A DNA stretch of 63,301 nucleotides, the filler included, from Octopus bimaculoides (taxonomy: Eukaryota): NCBI RefSeq assembly GCF_001194135.2. It is 4 parts of 4 records of this genome, joined end to end, with 100 filler letters (N's around TTAATTAATTAA, not from the genome) between each part and the next. Parts side by side here need not be neighbours in the genome. Positions count along the whole stretch, not along the records: positions 9,550 to 37,090 come from NC_068982.1; positions 37,191 to 56,133 come from NC_068984.1; 2 more parts are not named here. One strand, 5' to 3'. A program made the position numbers and the translations under genes. The first letter of the stretch is position 1, and the number at the start of each line of letters is the position of its first letter. Under the pieces are notes generated by a model that searched no databases, was not told the origin of the DNA, and saw only the letters and a program-made list of their open reading frames with translations. Positions 25,213 to 38,819 of the stretch are shown piece after piece.

Positions 25213-25512
25213 GGGACAAATCTGTAAAAGATTATCTAATCATTATAGTACCTTTAGAGATAGAAGTAAAATAGCAAGCACTAGTCTTAGTAAATTCATT
25301 TGGGAACTGAAAGAACAAAAAAAGCAATATTCCTTAGAATGGTCGGTCATCGGGAGGTATTTCCCGTACGACAAGGGTAGGAGATAGTGTTCGTTATGTA
25401 ATTTAGAACTATATTTCATATTATTCTCTAAGGGTAAATTGATAAATAAACTAACAAATAATGCTCTAAGATGTACACATTTTCCAAGACACACTTTTCG
25501 CTGGTTTAAATA
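25213..25512 (+). pseudogene. Penelope-like GIY-YIG endonuclease C-terminal half
   Basis: Manual translation GQICKRLSNHYSTFRDRSKIASTSLSKFIWELKEQKKQYSLEWSVIGRYFPYDKGRR*CSLCNLELYFILFSKGKLINKLTNNALRCTHF, aligning motif by motif with ORF 58257-59297; one in-frame stop. Confidence 0.9.
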
Positions 25513-25846
25513 AATTGCAATATGACCGGGTATTATAGTACATTATAGTATAATATTAGGTCTTAAGGCAGGCCATATCAATGTATAATTTATTAATAGC
25601 AGTTGTGGTTTTTGCAAAAGCTTCTAGAGATAATATAGTATAGATTTCCATGGTAATAGGGGATTGTTTATAATTTATTAATGATATTATTAATATTAAT
25701 AATATTATGAGGGGTTGTCTCCCCTTAACGGACCTTTATTTAAGGAGGAATTTATTTAACGAGTTATTTAAGGACAAATTTGAATATGGACTGGACTTAG
25801 AGACGATGTTTTGGTATTTACCGTTTGTTCTTAAACCTTTTTTTTT

Positions 25847-25928
25847 TGTCCCTGAAGACGTGTAAGGCAAGTTATATGTTTATCTTAAATTTGACAGTTA
25901 AATATAGCCTTATACAGAAATGTTGACA
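25847..25928 (+). ncRNA. degenerate type I hammerhead in the PLE 3' region
   Basis: UGUC-C-CUGAAGA-C-GUGUAAGGC(38-nt loop)GCCUUAUAC-A-GAAA-U-GUU-GACA; ~340 nt downstream of the GIY-YIG stop on the same strand. Confidence 0.5.
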
Positions 25929-27386
25929 TAGGAATAAATTTCAATAATAATGGANNNNNNNNNNNNNNNNNNNNNNNNNNNNNNNNNNNNNNNNNNNNNN
26001 NNNNNNNNNNNNNNNNNNNNNNNNNNNNNNNNNNNNNNNNNNNNNNNNNNNNNNNNNNNNNNNNNNNNNNNNNNNNNNNNNNNNNNNNNNNNNNNNNNNN
26101 NNNNNNNNNNNNNNNNNNNNNNNNNNNNNNNNNNNNNNNNNNNNNNNNNNNNNNNNNNNNNNNNNNNNNNNNNNNNNNNNNNNNNNNNNNNNNNNNNNNN
26201 NNNNNNNNNNNNNNNNNNNNNNNNNNNNNNNNNNNNNNNNNNNNNNNNNNNNNNNNNNNNNNNNNNNNNNNNNNNNNNNNNNNNNNNNNNNNNNNNNNNN
26301 NNNNNNNNNNNNNNNNNNNNNNNNNNNNNNNNNNNNNNNNNNNNNNNNNNNNNNNNNNNNNNNNNNNNNNNNNNNNNNNNNNNNNNNNNNNNNNNNNNNN
26401 NNNNNNNNNNNNNNNNNNNNNNNNNNNNNNNNNNNNNNNNNNNNNNNNNNNNNNNNNNNNNNNNNNNNNNNNNNNNNNNNNNNNNNNNNNNNNNNNNNNN
26501 NNNNNNNNNNNNNNNNNNNNNNNNNNNNNNNNNNNNNNNNNNNNNNNNNNNNNNNNNNNNNNNNNNNNNNNNNNNNNNNNNNNNNNNNNNNNNNNNNNNN
26601 NNNNNNNNNNNNNNNNNNNNNNNNNNNNNNNNNNNNNNNNNNNNNNNNNNNNNNNNNNNNNNNNNNNNNNNNNNNNNNNNNNNNNNNNNNNNNNNNNNNN
26701 NNNNNNNNNNNNNNNNNNNNNNNNNNNNNNNNNNNNNNNNNNNNNNNNNNNNNNNNNNNNNNNNNNNNNNNNNNNNNNNNNNNNNNNNNNNNNNNNNNNN
26801 NNNNNNNNNNNNNNNNNNNNNNNNNNNNNACGCATACGCACATTTATAGGCATAAAATAAACGACAAGGACATAGCGGAGTCACGATCAGCGACAAAACA
26901 CTTTATACACAGTCTGGCACAGACGGGTGGTGTAGGGAGAGAGAAGTTAGAATATGAGTGGTAGTGGGAGGGGCGGTATTTATCTATTTTACTTTTTAGT
27001 AGTTGACATAATGTTTACTTATCTAACCTCCTCCCTCCTATCCCTTCCGACTCTCCACGAACGCCACCACTCCCATCACCTCTACAACTGCGGCAGCTGC
27101 TCCTGCTGCTGTTTGTTCTACTATCCCCTACCCCCTTCTTCCTTCTCCTCGTATACTGACCTCACGCTATGTTACGGTCATTGAGAACGGCGCCTGTCAC
27201 AACCAACATGGAGGCCATCCCACATTACTCCCCCAACATTACCCTCTTCCATTACTCCAACCAACGCCCCTTGCACCCGCTTTCTCTCCCTCCCATTCTC
27301 TCTCCATCTCTCTCCCCCTTTCACTCTGACAAGCACGTTCTTGCGCGCTCTCACGTACGTATGCTTACATACATACATACATACAT

Positions 27387-27434
<48 letters not shown>

Positions 27435-27500
27435 ATGTGTATATATATACATACATGCATGTATATATATATATACACACAGAGAGAAAGATAGATAGAT

Positions 27501-27534
<34 letters not shown>

Positions 27535-27544
27535 CATACATACA

Positions 27545-27576
<32 letters not shown>

Positions 27577-27577
<1 letters not shown>

Positions 27578-27760
27578 TCTTTTATTTTTTTCTTTGTTTC
27601 AGTCATCTGACTACAGCCATGCTGGAACACCGCCTTTAGTCGAGCACATCGACCCCAGGAGTTTGTAAGCCTAGTACTTATTCTATCAGTTTCTTTTGCC
27701 GAACCGTAAATTTACGGGGACGTAAACACCAACGTCGGTCACCAAGCGAGGGTGGGGGGA

Positions 27761-27794
<34 letters not shown>

Positions 27795-28375
27795 NNNNNN
27801 NNNNNNNNNNNNNNNNNNNNNNNNNNNNNNNNNNNNNNNNNNNNNNNNNNNNNNNNNNNNNNNNNNNNNNNNNNNNNNNNNNNNNNNNNNNNNNNNNNNN
27901 NNNNNNNNNNNNNNNNNNNNNNNNNNNNNNNNNNNNNNNNNNNNNNNNNNNNNNNNNNNNNNNNNNNNNNNNNNNNNNNNNNNNNNNNNNNNNNNNNNNN
28001 NNNNNNNNNNNNNNNNNNNNNNNNNNNNNNNNNNNNNNNNNNNNNNNNNNNNNNNNNNNNNNNNNNNNNNNNNNNNNNNNNNNNNNNNNNNNNNNNNNNN
28101 NNNNNNNNNNNNNNNNNNNNNNNNNNNNNNNNNNNNNNNNNNNNNNNNNNNNNNNNNNNNNNNNNNNNNNNNNNNNNNNNNNNNNNNNNNNNNNNNNNNN
28201 NNNNNNNNNNNNNNNNNNNNNNNNNNNNNNNNNNNNNNNNNNNNNNNNNNNNNNNNNNNNNNNNNNNNNNNNNNNNNNNNNNNNNNNNNNNNNNNNNNNN
28301 NNNNNNNNNCGGTCCGAGGCTATAGAGAAGACACATGCCCAATGTGCCATGCATTGGGACTGAACCTGGAACCAT
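27577..28375 (-). mobile_element. SINE family A spanning an assembly gap
   Basis: 3' half at 27577-27790 and 5' half at 28310-28375 with the gap at the internal microsatellite. Confidence 0.8.
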
Positions 28376-28465
28376 ATAATATGTGTGTGTGTGTGTGCGC
28401 GTGGATCAACGAATTTGAATCAAACTCCTTTGATCCATAATGTGCTGAGTGTCTTTTCTTCGATT

Positions 28466-28508
<43 letters not shown>

Positions 28509-29904
28509 CCAGCATGGCCACAGCGTTAGAGCTGGAACACATGACAGAATAGCAGAATGAATATTAATATACATTATATATATAGATCGCGTATTTATAT
28601 ATGCGTGTGTCTGACTATGTGTAAATGCATACACTCATCCACACGCGCGCGCACACAGTGACGCACTCACTACTCAACTTCATTTTCATCTCTCTCTCCC
28701 TCTCTCCCATTCTCTCTCTCTCACACCATCTGTTCTGTCTGTCTAAGTGTATCTCTCTCACCCTCCCTCTCTCTCTCTCTTTCTTTCTCTCATTATTCAC
28801 ACCTTTCCGCCCTGCTTCTCTCCCCCACACCGCAACCACACTTCCATTCTCTTCTTTTTCTTTATTCTATTCCTCCACCTTCCAACCGTCACCACCTCCC
28901 ACCACCACTACCATTTTTCCGGTTCCTACTATTCTCCCAACCCTACCCTACCTATCAACATCCTCCTGTACGCCATCGCCCCACTCACCCACCCAACCAC
29001 CACCCTTCCATTCTCTCTCTTTATATATTATTCTCTTCCTTTCACCCCCCGCTACCACATAAAAGGCCCGGAATCAGCATTCAACTCTGACCCGTCACCG
29101 CAACTCTCTTCCGCCTTTCCAATTTCGCACGACCAACACCATCATCACCACTACCCCCGTCATCCCTACATTAAGCCACCACCACCACTTCCACACGCCC
29201 CTATTTACGAATAACATATTACCCCACCACCACCACCACCACCCCACTTTTCCCTTAATTTCTCACTCCGTCATATTCTGTATCATGTCCCCCATTTTCA
29301 CTCCCCACCCACCTTAATCCCCATCCCAACCACAACCGCCACAAATTCACCTCTCCCATCCCAGCACCACAACTCCCTTCATCCACTATTTAATTATTCT
29401 CTTACCCCAGTCTTAACAAGACCACAACACAATACACACACACACACACACATTGATCCTTATACAAATACACACACGCAGACACAGACACAGACGTAGA
29501 CAATAACACATAAACATACACACGTGTGTAAGATACGCATACACAAAAACACAACTGCACACAGACACATAGGCACAGAGCCTATGCAGAAATACATTCA
29601 TACTACATGTTACTGATGAATAGATACACATACATACGCATGCGCGCACACACACACCATGCCATGTATCAAACATACTTAGAGCACGCAATACTTACCC
29701 AAGGAACGACCAAAGTGATATTTGAAGTACTCTTGTATAAAAGAAAGACGGGGTGGTCACACACACACACAATGACTACGGAGATTAGTAAATCTGTATA
29801 ATTTCATCATTTCTCCAGTCAATCACACCATTTGATTTAAATTTGCTCGACGCACGTTTCTGCTGCATAGACATCAAGTATGGTGCAACTGACTGTAGAA
29901 ATTA

Positions 29905-30084
29905 TGGTTTCAAATTTTGACACAAAGCCAGCAAGTTCGGTGAGAGGGTAAGTCGATTACATTGACCGCAGTATTCAACTGGTACTTATTTTATCGACTC
30001 CGAAGGATGAAAGGCAAAATCGGCTTCGGCGAAATTTGAACTCAGAACGTGTAGACTGACGAAATGCTGCTTAGCATTTTGCCC
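29905..30084 (-). mobile_element. SINE family C
   Basis: Match to 12060-12280. Confidence 0.8.
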
Positions 30085-30959
30085 NNNNNNNNNNNNNNNN
30101 NNNNNNNNNNNNNNNNNNNNNNNNNNNNNNNNNNNNNNNNNNNNNNNNNNNNNNNNNNNNNNNNNNNNNNNNNNNNNNNNNNNNNNNNNNNNNNNNNNNN
30201 NNNNNNNNNNNNNNNNNNNNNNNNNNNNNNNNNNNNNNNNNNNNNNNNNNNNNNNNNNNNNNNNNNNNNNNNNNNNNNNNNNNNNNNNNNNNNNNNNNNN
30301 NNNNNNNNNNNNNNNNNNNNNNNNNNNNNNNNNNNNNNNNNNNNNNNNNNNNNNNNNNNNNNNNNNNNNNNNNNNNNNNNNNNNNNNNNNNNNNNNNNNN
30401 NNNNNNNNNNNNNNNNNNNNNNNNNNNNNNNNNNNNNNNNNNNNNNNNNNNNNNNNNNNNNNNNNNNNNNNNNNNNNNNNNNNNNNNNNNNNNNNNNNNN
30501 NNNNNNNNNNNNNNNNNNNNNNNNNNNNNNNNNNNNNNNNNNNNNNNNNNNNNNNNNNNNNNNNNNNNNNNNNNNNNNNNNNNNNNNNNNNNNNNNNNNN
30601 NNNNNNNNNNNNNNNNNNNNNNNNNNNNNNNNNNNNNNNNNNNNNNNNNNNNNNNNNNNNNNNNNNNNNNNNNNNNNNNNNNNNNNNNNNNNNNNNNNNN
30701 NAAAATGTCGAGGATAAATTAAATTTATTATTGTTACTGAATATGTTAGTGTTATTTAATTTCTGAACGGTTCTGCTGCCGTTTGTTTATGTAGTTTGAT
30801 TTCTTTATCCATCAGTTTCTACTAAGGTAGAGACGCGAGTAAAATTAATAATAGAGAAACGAAAATAAAGCTTTGGAAACAGGAACGCCGCCACAACTTA
30901 CATGGAAACCATGAGATAATCAGAGGAGATAATCAGAAAAAGACTTGAAAGTGAACGTA

Positions 30960-31180
30960 AGGTGGTAATACTTCATGTAAAGTAAAGATAACAAATAATC
31001 CAGAATCCTTGTCCGATACCGGATCGATCCCAAAATCAAATCAGTTCATGCCAGTCACGAGGCCAAACATCCCTGAAAGTTTCATCCGAATCCATCCAAC
31101 GGTTCTTGAGATATCTTGTCCACGGACAAACAAATACGACTTCAAATAATACCTACGCCTTCGCTAAGGCGGAAGTGATA
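30960..31180 (+). mobile_element. Helentron/HINE-like non-autonomous element 3' end
   Basis: Terminal hairpin CGCCTT-CGCT-AAGGCG (31156-31171) preceded by GAAAGTTTCATCCGAATCC and GGACAAACAAA motifs typical of such elements. Confidence 0.4.
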
Positions 31181-31552
31181 AACCTTTCTACTTGTATAAA
31201 CACAAGGTCTGAAACTTTGAGAGTGGGAGCTAGTCGATTAAATCGACTCCACTGCATAACTGGTATTTATTTTATCAAACCCAAAAGAGAAACAATTATA
31301 GTAAAAGTTATGCCGGTGTACTACTCTCCATTTTCGTTGTGACTATTAAATATGCACTCAGTTAAATATTCATAACCCAGAGAAGCGAAACCAGGAATTA
31401 CACATCGGATGAAATACAGTAGGATTGCTTACCTCAAGTAATTCTAGTCATTCATTACAACTCAGTGTAGTTAGCCTTAACCTGGTGTTTAAACGGTATC
31501 CGCCTGGATATATTGTCCCTGTCTATTCACTATGTATATATAGGAATATAGG

Positions 31553-31788
31553 GATATAGGAGTGGTTGTGTGGTAAGGAGTATATATCTATGTATGTGTG
31601 TGTTTTTGTGTCAATGTTTGCCCCCCCCCCCCATCACCACTTGACAACCAGTGTTGATGTGTTTACCTCCTTGTAATCTAGTGGTTCGTCAAGATATACC
31701 GATAGAATAAGTCCTGGGGTCGATTTGTTCGACTAAAACCCCCCAAGGCGATGCTCGATCATGGCTGCAGTCACATGACTGATACAAG
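31553..31788 (+). mobile_element. SINE family A with internal deletion
   Basis: Head directly followed by the 3' half. Confidence 0.75.
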
Positions 31789-31798
31789 NNNNNNNNNN

Positions 31799-31855
<57 letters not shown>

Positions 31856-32489
31856 TAAAATTTACTTGGAAGAGGATGTGTGGCGTTCAATCATATAATG
31901 ATATAAATAATATATATATATATATAGAAGGGAAATACCCACCTAGCATCTTAGAAAGACACACATCTGTCCCAATCCCGCTAAAATTTTAAGTCTTAAA
32001 ATACATTGAATCTAACACTTTAGATATGATATCCAATATAAATACCTCTAAGTATACCAATACCTTCCCAAATAAATTTAAATTTAAAAGTAAAATCATT
32101 GAAAATCTATCCCTACGTATACTAAAACCTTCCCAATTAAATATGAACTTGTCCTCTGGAATAGGAAGGCGTCTAAAGAAGAAAAAAAATCGTTCATATA
32201 TTTTGATAAAACTAAAACCTTTTGCAAAATAGAAAAGCGAACCAATAACCAGTTACTAAACTGATATAACAATGAAGTATATGGTAAGTAGTGCAGATAC
32301 ATCTTATAACGACCGATAATAACAGTGAGACAAAACAGAGAAAGATCATAATTAAATAATAGATAAGAAGTTTTACTAAAACGTTAGGCGTATGTGACGA
32401 CACAACTCTAGATTAATTAATCCCACTAATTAATCTTAGGTCGGATTAATTAGCATGCAGCTCTCAAGTAATATCAATAACGAGTAATC

Positions 32490-32650
32490 TTGGTTTCAAA
32501 TTTTGGCACAAGACCAGCAATTTCGGGGGAAAGGGATAAGTCGATTATATCGACACCAGTACTCAACCGGTTCTTATTTTATCGACTCCGAAGAAATGAA
32601 GGACAGAGTAGAACTGGGTGGAATTTGAATTCAGAATGTAAAGACGGGCT
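32490..32650 (-). mobile_element. SINE family C, partial
   Basis: Match to 12060-12280. Confidence 0.75.
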
Positions 32651-32941
32651 CGTGATGGAAGAACAATAATACAACAATGAATTGATGAATTGGTCAGAGA
32701 GACCCTCTTTTCTGCACATCAATAACAAATAAAGCGTACATTCCTTCTTCACCCTCACTGACGCTTTGCAATGTTTAAATATATTTCACTTCTGATTTGC
32801 ACTGTTTTGTGCATGGGAAACGTTTTGAATATGTATATAAAAGCTCCTGTTCCATTATGCCGACTATTTATAAATTCCATCCAAGGATTATTATTGTTAT
32901 TCCTATATATAAAGATATATGTTTGTATATGTATATACGTA

Positions 32942-32983
<42 letters not shown>

Positions 32984-33037
32984 CATACATACATACATAC
33001 ATACATACATACATACATACATACATACATACATACA

Positions 33038-33416
33038 TAGTGACTGTGTGGTAAAGGGTTCAATCCCACTTCGTGACACCTTGGGTAAGTATCTTCTACT
33101 ATAGCCTCGGGCCTTGTGAGTAGATTTAGTAGACAGAAACTGGAAGAAGCCTGTCGTATGTGTGTGTGTATGTATGTATGTGTGTGTGTATGCGTGTGTG
33201 TATCATTGTGTCATGTTTGACACCCCATCACTGCTTGACAAGGGGTGTTGGTACGTTTACGTCCCCGTAACTTAGTCGTTCAGCAAAAGTGACCGTTACA
33301 ATGAGCACTAGGCTTAAAAACAATAAGTCCGGGGTTGATTTGTTCGACTAAAACTCTTCAAGGTGGTGCTTCAGCATGGCCGCAGTCAAATGAGACAAGT
33401 AAAAGAATAAAAGAAT
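33038..33416 (+). mobile_element. SINE family A
   Basis: Match to family A. Confidence 0.85.
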
Positions 33417-34497
33417 ATATGTATATCACAAATTAAAATAACAGGATCAAAGGTTCTTTCCGAGCCATAAGCTCACAAGTTCGGTTTCGCGGATACAATG
33501 GCGTATATATTCTACCAGTTGACGGGACGCTGGATTAATCATTTTTACTAGCAACGTGAAATGGAGCAACGTGAAATGAAGAACTTAACTCAAAAACACA
33601 GTTGATCATCTGGTCCAGGAATCGAGATCACAATCTTACGATCATGAGGGTANNNNNNNNNNNNNNNNNNNNNNNNNNNNNNNNNNNNNNNNNNNNNNNN
33701 NNNNNNNNNNNNNNNNNNNNNNNNNNNNNNNNNNNNNNNNNNNNNNNNNNNNNNNNNNNNNNNNNNNNNNNNNNNNNNNNNNNNNNNNNNNNNNNNNNNN
33801 NNNNNNNNNNNNNNNNNNNNNNNNNNNNNNNNNNNNNNNNNNNNNNNNNNNNNNNNNNNNNNNNNNNNNNNNNNNNNNNNNNNNNNNNNNNNNNNNNNNN
33901 NNNNNNNNNNNNNNNNNNNNNNNNNNNNNNNNNNNNNNNNNNNNNNNNNNNNNNNNNNNNNNNNNNNNNNNNNNNNNNNNNNNNNNNNNNNNNNNNNNNN
34001 NNNNNNNNNNNNNNNNNNNNNNNNNNNNNNNNNNNNNNNNNNNNNNNNNNNNNNNNNNNNNNNNNNNNNNNNNNNNNNNNNNNNNNNNNNNNNNNNNNNN
34101 NNNNNNNNNNNNNNNNNNNNNNNNNNNNNNNNNNNNNNNNNNNNNNNNNNNNNNNNNNNNNNNNNNNNNNNNNNNNNNNNNNNNNNNNNNNNNNNNNNNN
34201 NNNNNNNNNNNNNNNNNNNNNNNNNNNNNNNNNNNNNNNNNNNNNNNNNNNNNNNNNNNNNNNNNNNNNNNNNNNNNNNNNNNNNNNNNNNNNNNNNNNN
34301 NNNNNNNNNNNNNNNNNNNNNNNNNNNNNNNNNNNNNNNNNNNNNNNNNNNNNNNNNNNNNNNNNNNNNNNNNNNNNNNNNNNNNNNNNNNNNNNNNNNN
34401 NNNNNNNNNNNNNNNNNNNNNNNNNNNNNNNNNNNNNNNNNNNNNNNNNNNNNNNNNNNNNNNNNNNNNNNNNNATATATATATATATATATATATA

Positions 34498-34808
34498 TAT
34501 AGTAGAAATAATCGATACGGAAGATAGAGTATACTGGAAACTTTATCACAACGATAGTTTCGGCACATTCTGCACCGCTCCCTTGTGGGTGGGGAACAGT
34601 ATAATAATTCCCATGCATCCTGCAGTGCTTCTTTAGGTGACATTTCATGGTTTCAAGTTACATAAATAAAATTTTACTCATAGGCTTAGCTAGATCATGT
34701 TGGTAGTAGTCGCATCTTAAATACATGCTCTATGAAAGAAATGTCACTTCTGTAACTTGAAGAAGTTTCCAATATACTCTGTTTTCCATATCAATTATTT
34801 CTACTATA
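34498..34808. mobile_element. MITE-like element with ~46-bp inverted repeats
   Basis: 34498-34543 TATAGTAGAAATAATCGATACGGAAGATAGAGTATACTGGAAACTT versus the reverse complement of 34763-34808 TATAGTAGAAATAATTGATATGGAAAACAGAGTATATTGGAAACTT. Confidence 0.75.
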
Positions 34809-34984
34809 CCCAACATGCACCGTGGAATTCCTAACGGACATCCAGCGACGAATGTGCATTTACTGTGAATGACGCCAGGCAACAATAACACTACAGGCAC
34901 ACTACATGGAACATGCCCAAAATACAGTCAAGATGCTAAATTTTGAACTTGAATTATATATATGAATATCTATCTATCTATCTA

Positions 34985-35029
<45 letters not shown>

Positions 35030-35497
35030 NNNNNNNNNNNNNNNNNNNNNNNNNNNNNNNNNNNNNNNNNNNNNNNNNNNNNNNNNNNNNNNNNNNNNNN
35101 NNNNNNNNNNNNNNNNNNNNNNNNNNNNNNNNNNNNNNNNNNNNNNNNNNNNNNNNNNATATATATATATATATATACTTATGTGTATATATATACATAT
35201 ATACACACATACATCTTTATGTATACATGTGTATAAATGCGCGCGTGTATATCTGCATATGGGCGTGTGTGTGCGTGTGTATGTATAAACACACACACAC
35301 ACATACGTATACACACACATCCATGTGTGCGTATATATGTACATAAATAAACATAGACATACACATCTTTGTGCTTCTCTCTCTCCCTCGGTTGCTTCGT
35401 GTGTATATATGTATTTCTATGTATATTTGCACACACATACACACACACTCTCTCTCTCTCTCTCCTTCTTTCTCTCACGCAGACGCACAAACACATA

Positions 35498-35532
<35 letters not shown>

Positions 35533-35539
35533 TCTCTCC

Positions 35540-35579
<40 letters not shown>

Positions 35580-36510
35580 TACAANNNNNNNNNNNNNNNN
35601 NNNNNNNNNNNNNNNNNNNNNNNNNNNNNNNNNNNNNNNNNNNNNNNNNNNNNNNNNNNNNNNNNNNNNNNNNNNNNNNNNNNNNNNNNNNNNNNNNNNN
35701 NNNNNNNNNNNNNNNNNNNNNNNNNNNNNNNNNNNNNNNNNNNNNNNNNNNNNNNNNNNNNNNNNNNNNNNNNNNNNNNNNNNNNNNNNNNNNNNNNNNN
35801 NNNNNNNNNNNNNNNNNNNNNNNNNNNNNNNNNNNNNNNNNNNNNNNNNNNNNNNNNNNNNNNNNNNNNNNNNNNNNNNNNNNNNNNNNNNNNNNNNNNN
35901 NNNNNNNNNNNNNNNNNNNNNNNNNNNNNNNNNNNNNNNNNNNNNNNNNNNNNNNNNNNNNNNNNNNNNNNNNNNNNNNNNNNNNNNNNNNNNNNNNNNN
36001 NNNNNNNNNNNNNNNNNNNNNNNNNNNNNNNNNNNNNNNNNNNNNNNNNNNNNNNNNNNNNNNNNNNNNNNNNNNNNNNNNNNNNNNNNNNNNNNNNNNN
36101 NNNNNNNNNNNNNNNNNNNNNNNNNNNNNNNNNNNNNNNNNNNNNNNNNNNNNNNNNNNNNNNNNNNNNNNNNNNNNNNNNNNNNNNNNNNNNNNNNNNN
36201 NNNNNNNNNNNNNNNNNNNNNNNNNNNNNNNNNNNNNNNNNNNNNNNNNNNNNNNNNNNNNNNNNNNNNNNNNNNNNNNNNNNNNNNNNNNNNNNNNNNN
36301 NNNNNNNNNNNNNNNNNNNNNNNNNNNNNNNNNNNNNNNNNNNNNNNNNNNNNNNNNNNNNNNNNNNNNNNNNNNNNNNNNNNNNNNNNNNNNNNNNNNN
36401 NNNNNNNNNNNNNNNNNNNNNNNNNNNNNNNNNNNNNNNNNNNNNNNNNNNNNNNNNNNNNNNNNNNNNNNNNNNNNNNNNNNNNNNNNNNNNNNNNNNN
36501 NNNNNNNNNN

Positions 36511-36565
<55 letters not shown>

Positions 36566-37053
36566 ATGCATGCATGCGTGTTTGTGTGCGTGTGCGTACT
36601 TGAGCATCTGTATATGCGTGTATGCGTGTCTGTGGTCGTCTTTGTCGACGCCATCTTTTTTTCCTTGTTTTTCTTTTTTTATGTATTGTCATTGTTTGTT
36701 ATTTGTCATTGTCGTCATATTTGTTTATTCTGTTTGCTGTGGCGGTGCTTAATATTATTATTCCTGTTGTTGTTCTTGCTATCGTTGTTACTGTTGACAG
36801 AGTCCTTGTTGTTTTTGTTGTTGTTGTTGTCGTTGTTGCTGCTGCTTTTGTTATGCTGGTGATCATGTTTGCTCTATTTCACGTGGGTGTATGTTTGGGT
36901 GGTTGTACATGTCTCTATATGTGTGTATGTGATGGGTGTTTTACATTGTATGTGCTTGAGGTTTTTAATGTATTTTGTTTTTGCTTTTTGGCACGTTTAT
37001 ATCTACACACACACACACACACACATATGTATGTATATGTATGTATATGTATA

Positions 37054-37090
<37 letters not shown>

Positions 37091-37190
37091 NNNNNNNNNN
37101 NNNNNNNNNNNNNNNNNNNNNNNNNNNNNNNNNNTTAATTAATTAANNNNNNNNNNNNNNNNNNNNNNNNNNNNNNNNNNNNNNNNNNNN

Positions 37191-37327
37191 TAGAATGAGT
37201 ACTAGGCTTAACAAAGAATAGGTCCTGGGGTCAATTTCTTTGACTAAAACCCTTTAAGGCGGTGCTCCAATAAGGCCGCAGTCTAGTGAGTGAAACAAGT
37301 TAAAAAAGACAAAAGAATAAAAGAATA
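37191..37327 (+). mobile_element. SINE family A, 3' part
   Basis: Match to the 3' half and tail. Confidence 0.8.
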
Positions 37328-37344
37328 AATAGTTATAAAACACT

Positions 37345-37380
<36 letters not shown>

Positions 37381-38069
37381 ACAGGCATATAATCTAAGAG
37401 TAACTAACAGCAGTGACATCATATATATCCAAAGATCAAGCAACAACACCATAGAAGACACACAGGTGAAAAAGTTCACAAAGAAAAAAAAAAGTACTCA
37501 GTGGCACATAACAGAATATATATTAAACTAACAAGTTTTAAATTGAAGACAACTAAGTTAAGAAATGAATAAGAGAAAATAGCAGGAAACAAAGATGTAA
37601 GGAATGGAAAAGTAAAAGATCTTGCTTCTCTTGAGGCTTGTAAAAATTTGCAAGTAAATGATTTTTGACACCTCAAGAAATAAACGAAAAGTGAATATAA
37701 CAGGTTGTGTGTGATTTCAGTTAACTAGAATGGCTCTGTCACAGTGTAACCACATCAATTTTCAATGCACAATCTCAAATCAAGTCAGTGGCATGGTAGG
37801 TAAAACCCTATCCATTATCTTTTACTTGTTTCAGTCATTAGACTGCAGCCATGATGGGGTGCCACCTTGAGGAATTTTCGGTTGAATGTATCGATCCCAG
37901 TATATATATATATTTATATACATAATTAAGGGATCAGCAAAAGTTGTTTCACCACATACCAAATTTAGAAATAGCAGTTAAAGTACTAATTCTTTTACTA
38001 CAATATGTCTCCACAGATAGCAATACTTGTAACTTGCACAGGAAAAACAGAAGAAAAATAACGAATATT

Positions 38070-38130
<61 letters not shown>

Positions 38131-38819
38131 NNNNNNNNNNNNNNNNNNNNNNNNNNNNNNNNNNNNNNNNNNNNNNNNNNNNNNNNNNNNNNNNNNNNNN
38201 NNNNNNNNNNNNNNNNNNNNNNNNNNNNNNNNNNNNNNNNNNNNNNNNNNNNNNNNNNNNNNNNNNNNNNNNNNNNNNNNNNNNNNNNNNNNNNNNNNNN
38301 NNNNNNNNNNNNNNNNNNNNNNNNNNNNNNNNNNNNNNNNNNNNNNNNNNNNNNNNNNNNNNNNNNNNNNNNNNNNNNNNNNNNNNNNNNNNNNNNNNNN
38401 NNNNNNNNNNNNNNNNNNNNNNNNNNNNNNNNNNNNNNNNNNNNNNNNNNNNNNNNNNNNNNNNNNNNNNNNNNNNNNNNNNNNNNNNNNNNNNNNNNNN
38501 NNNNNNNNNNNNNNNNNNNNNNNNNNNNNNNNNNNNNNNNNNNNNNNNNNNNNNNNNNNNNNNNNNNNNNNNNNNNNNNNNNNNNNNNNNNNNNNNNNNN
38601 NNNNNNNNNNNNNNNNNNNNNNNNNNNNNNNNNNNNNNNNNNNNNNNNNNNNNNNNNNNNNNNNNNNNNNNNNNNNNNNNNNNNNNNNNNNNNNNNNNNN
38701 NNNNNNNNNNNNNNNNNNNNNNNNNNNNNNNNNNNNNNNNNNNNNNNNNNNNNNNNNNNNNNNNCACAGGAAAAACAGAAGAAAAATAACGAATATTTAT
38801 ATATATATATATATATCTG

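Noticed and set aside
35179-36862. Very long ORFs in the supplied track (also those at 3848-4996, 25885-26896, 33590-34648 and others)
   Set aside because: Made of X from N gaps and YI/CV/HT dipeptide runs from microsatellites
38037-38816. ~50-bp direct repeat CACAGGAAAAACAGAAGAAAAATAACGAATATT(TA)n on both sides of a gap
   Set aside because: Most simply an unmerged contig overlap or two haplotypes at a microsatellite; too long and too exact for an ordinary TSD
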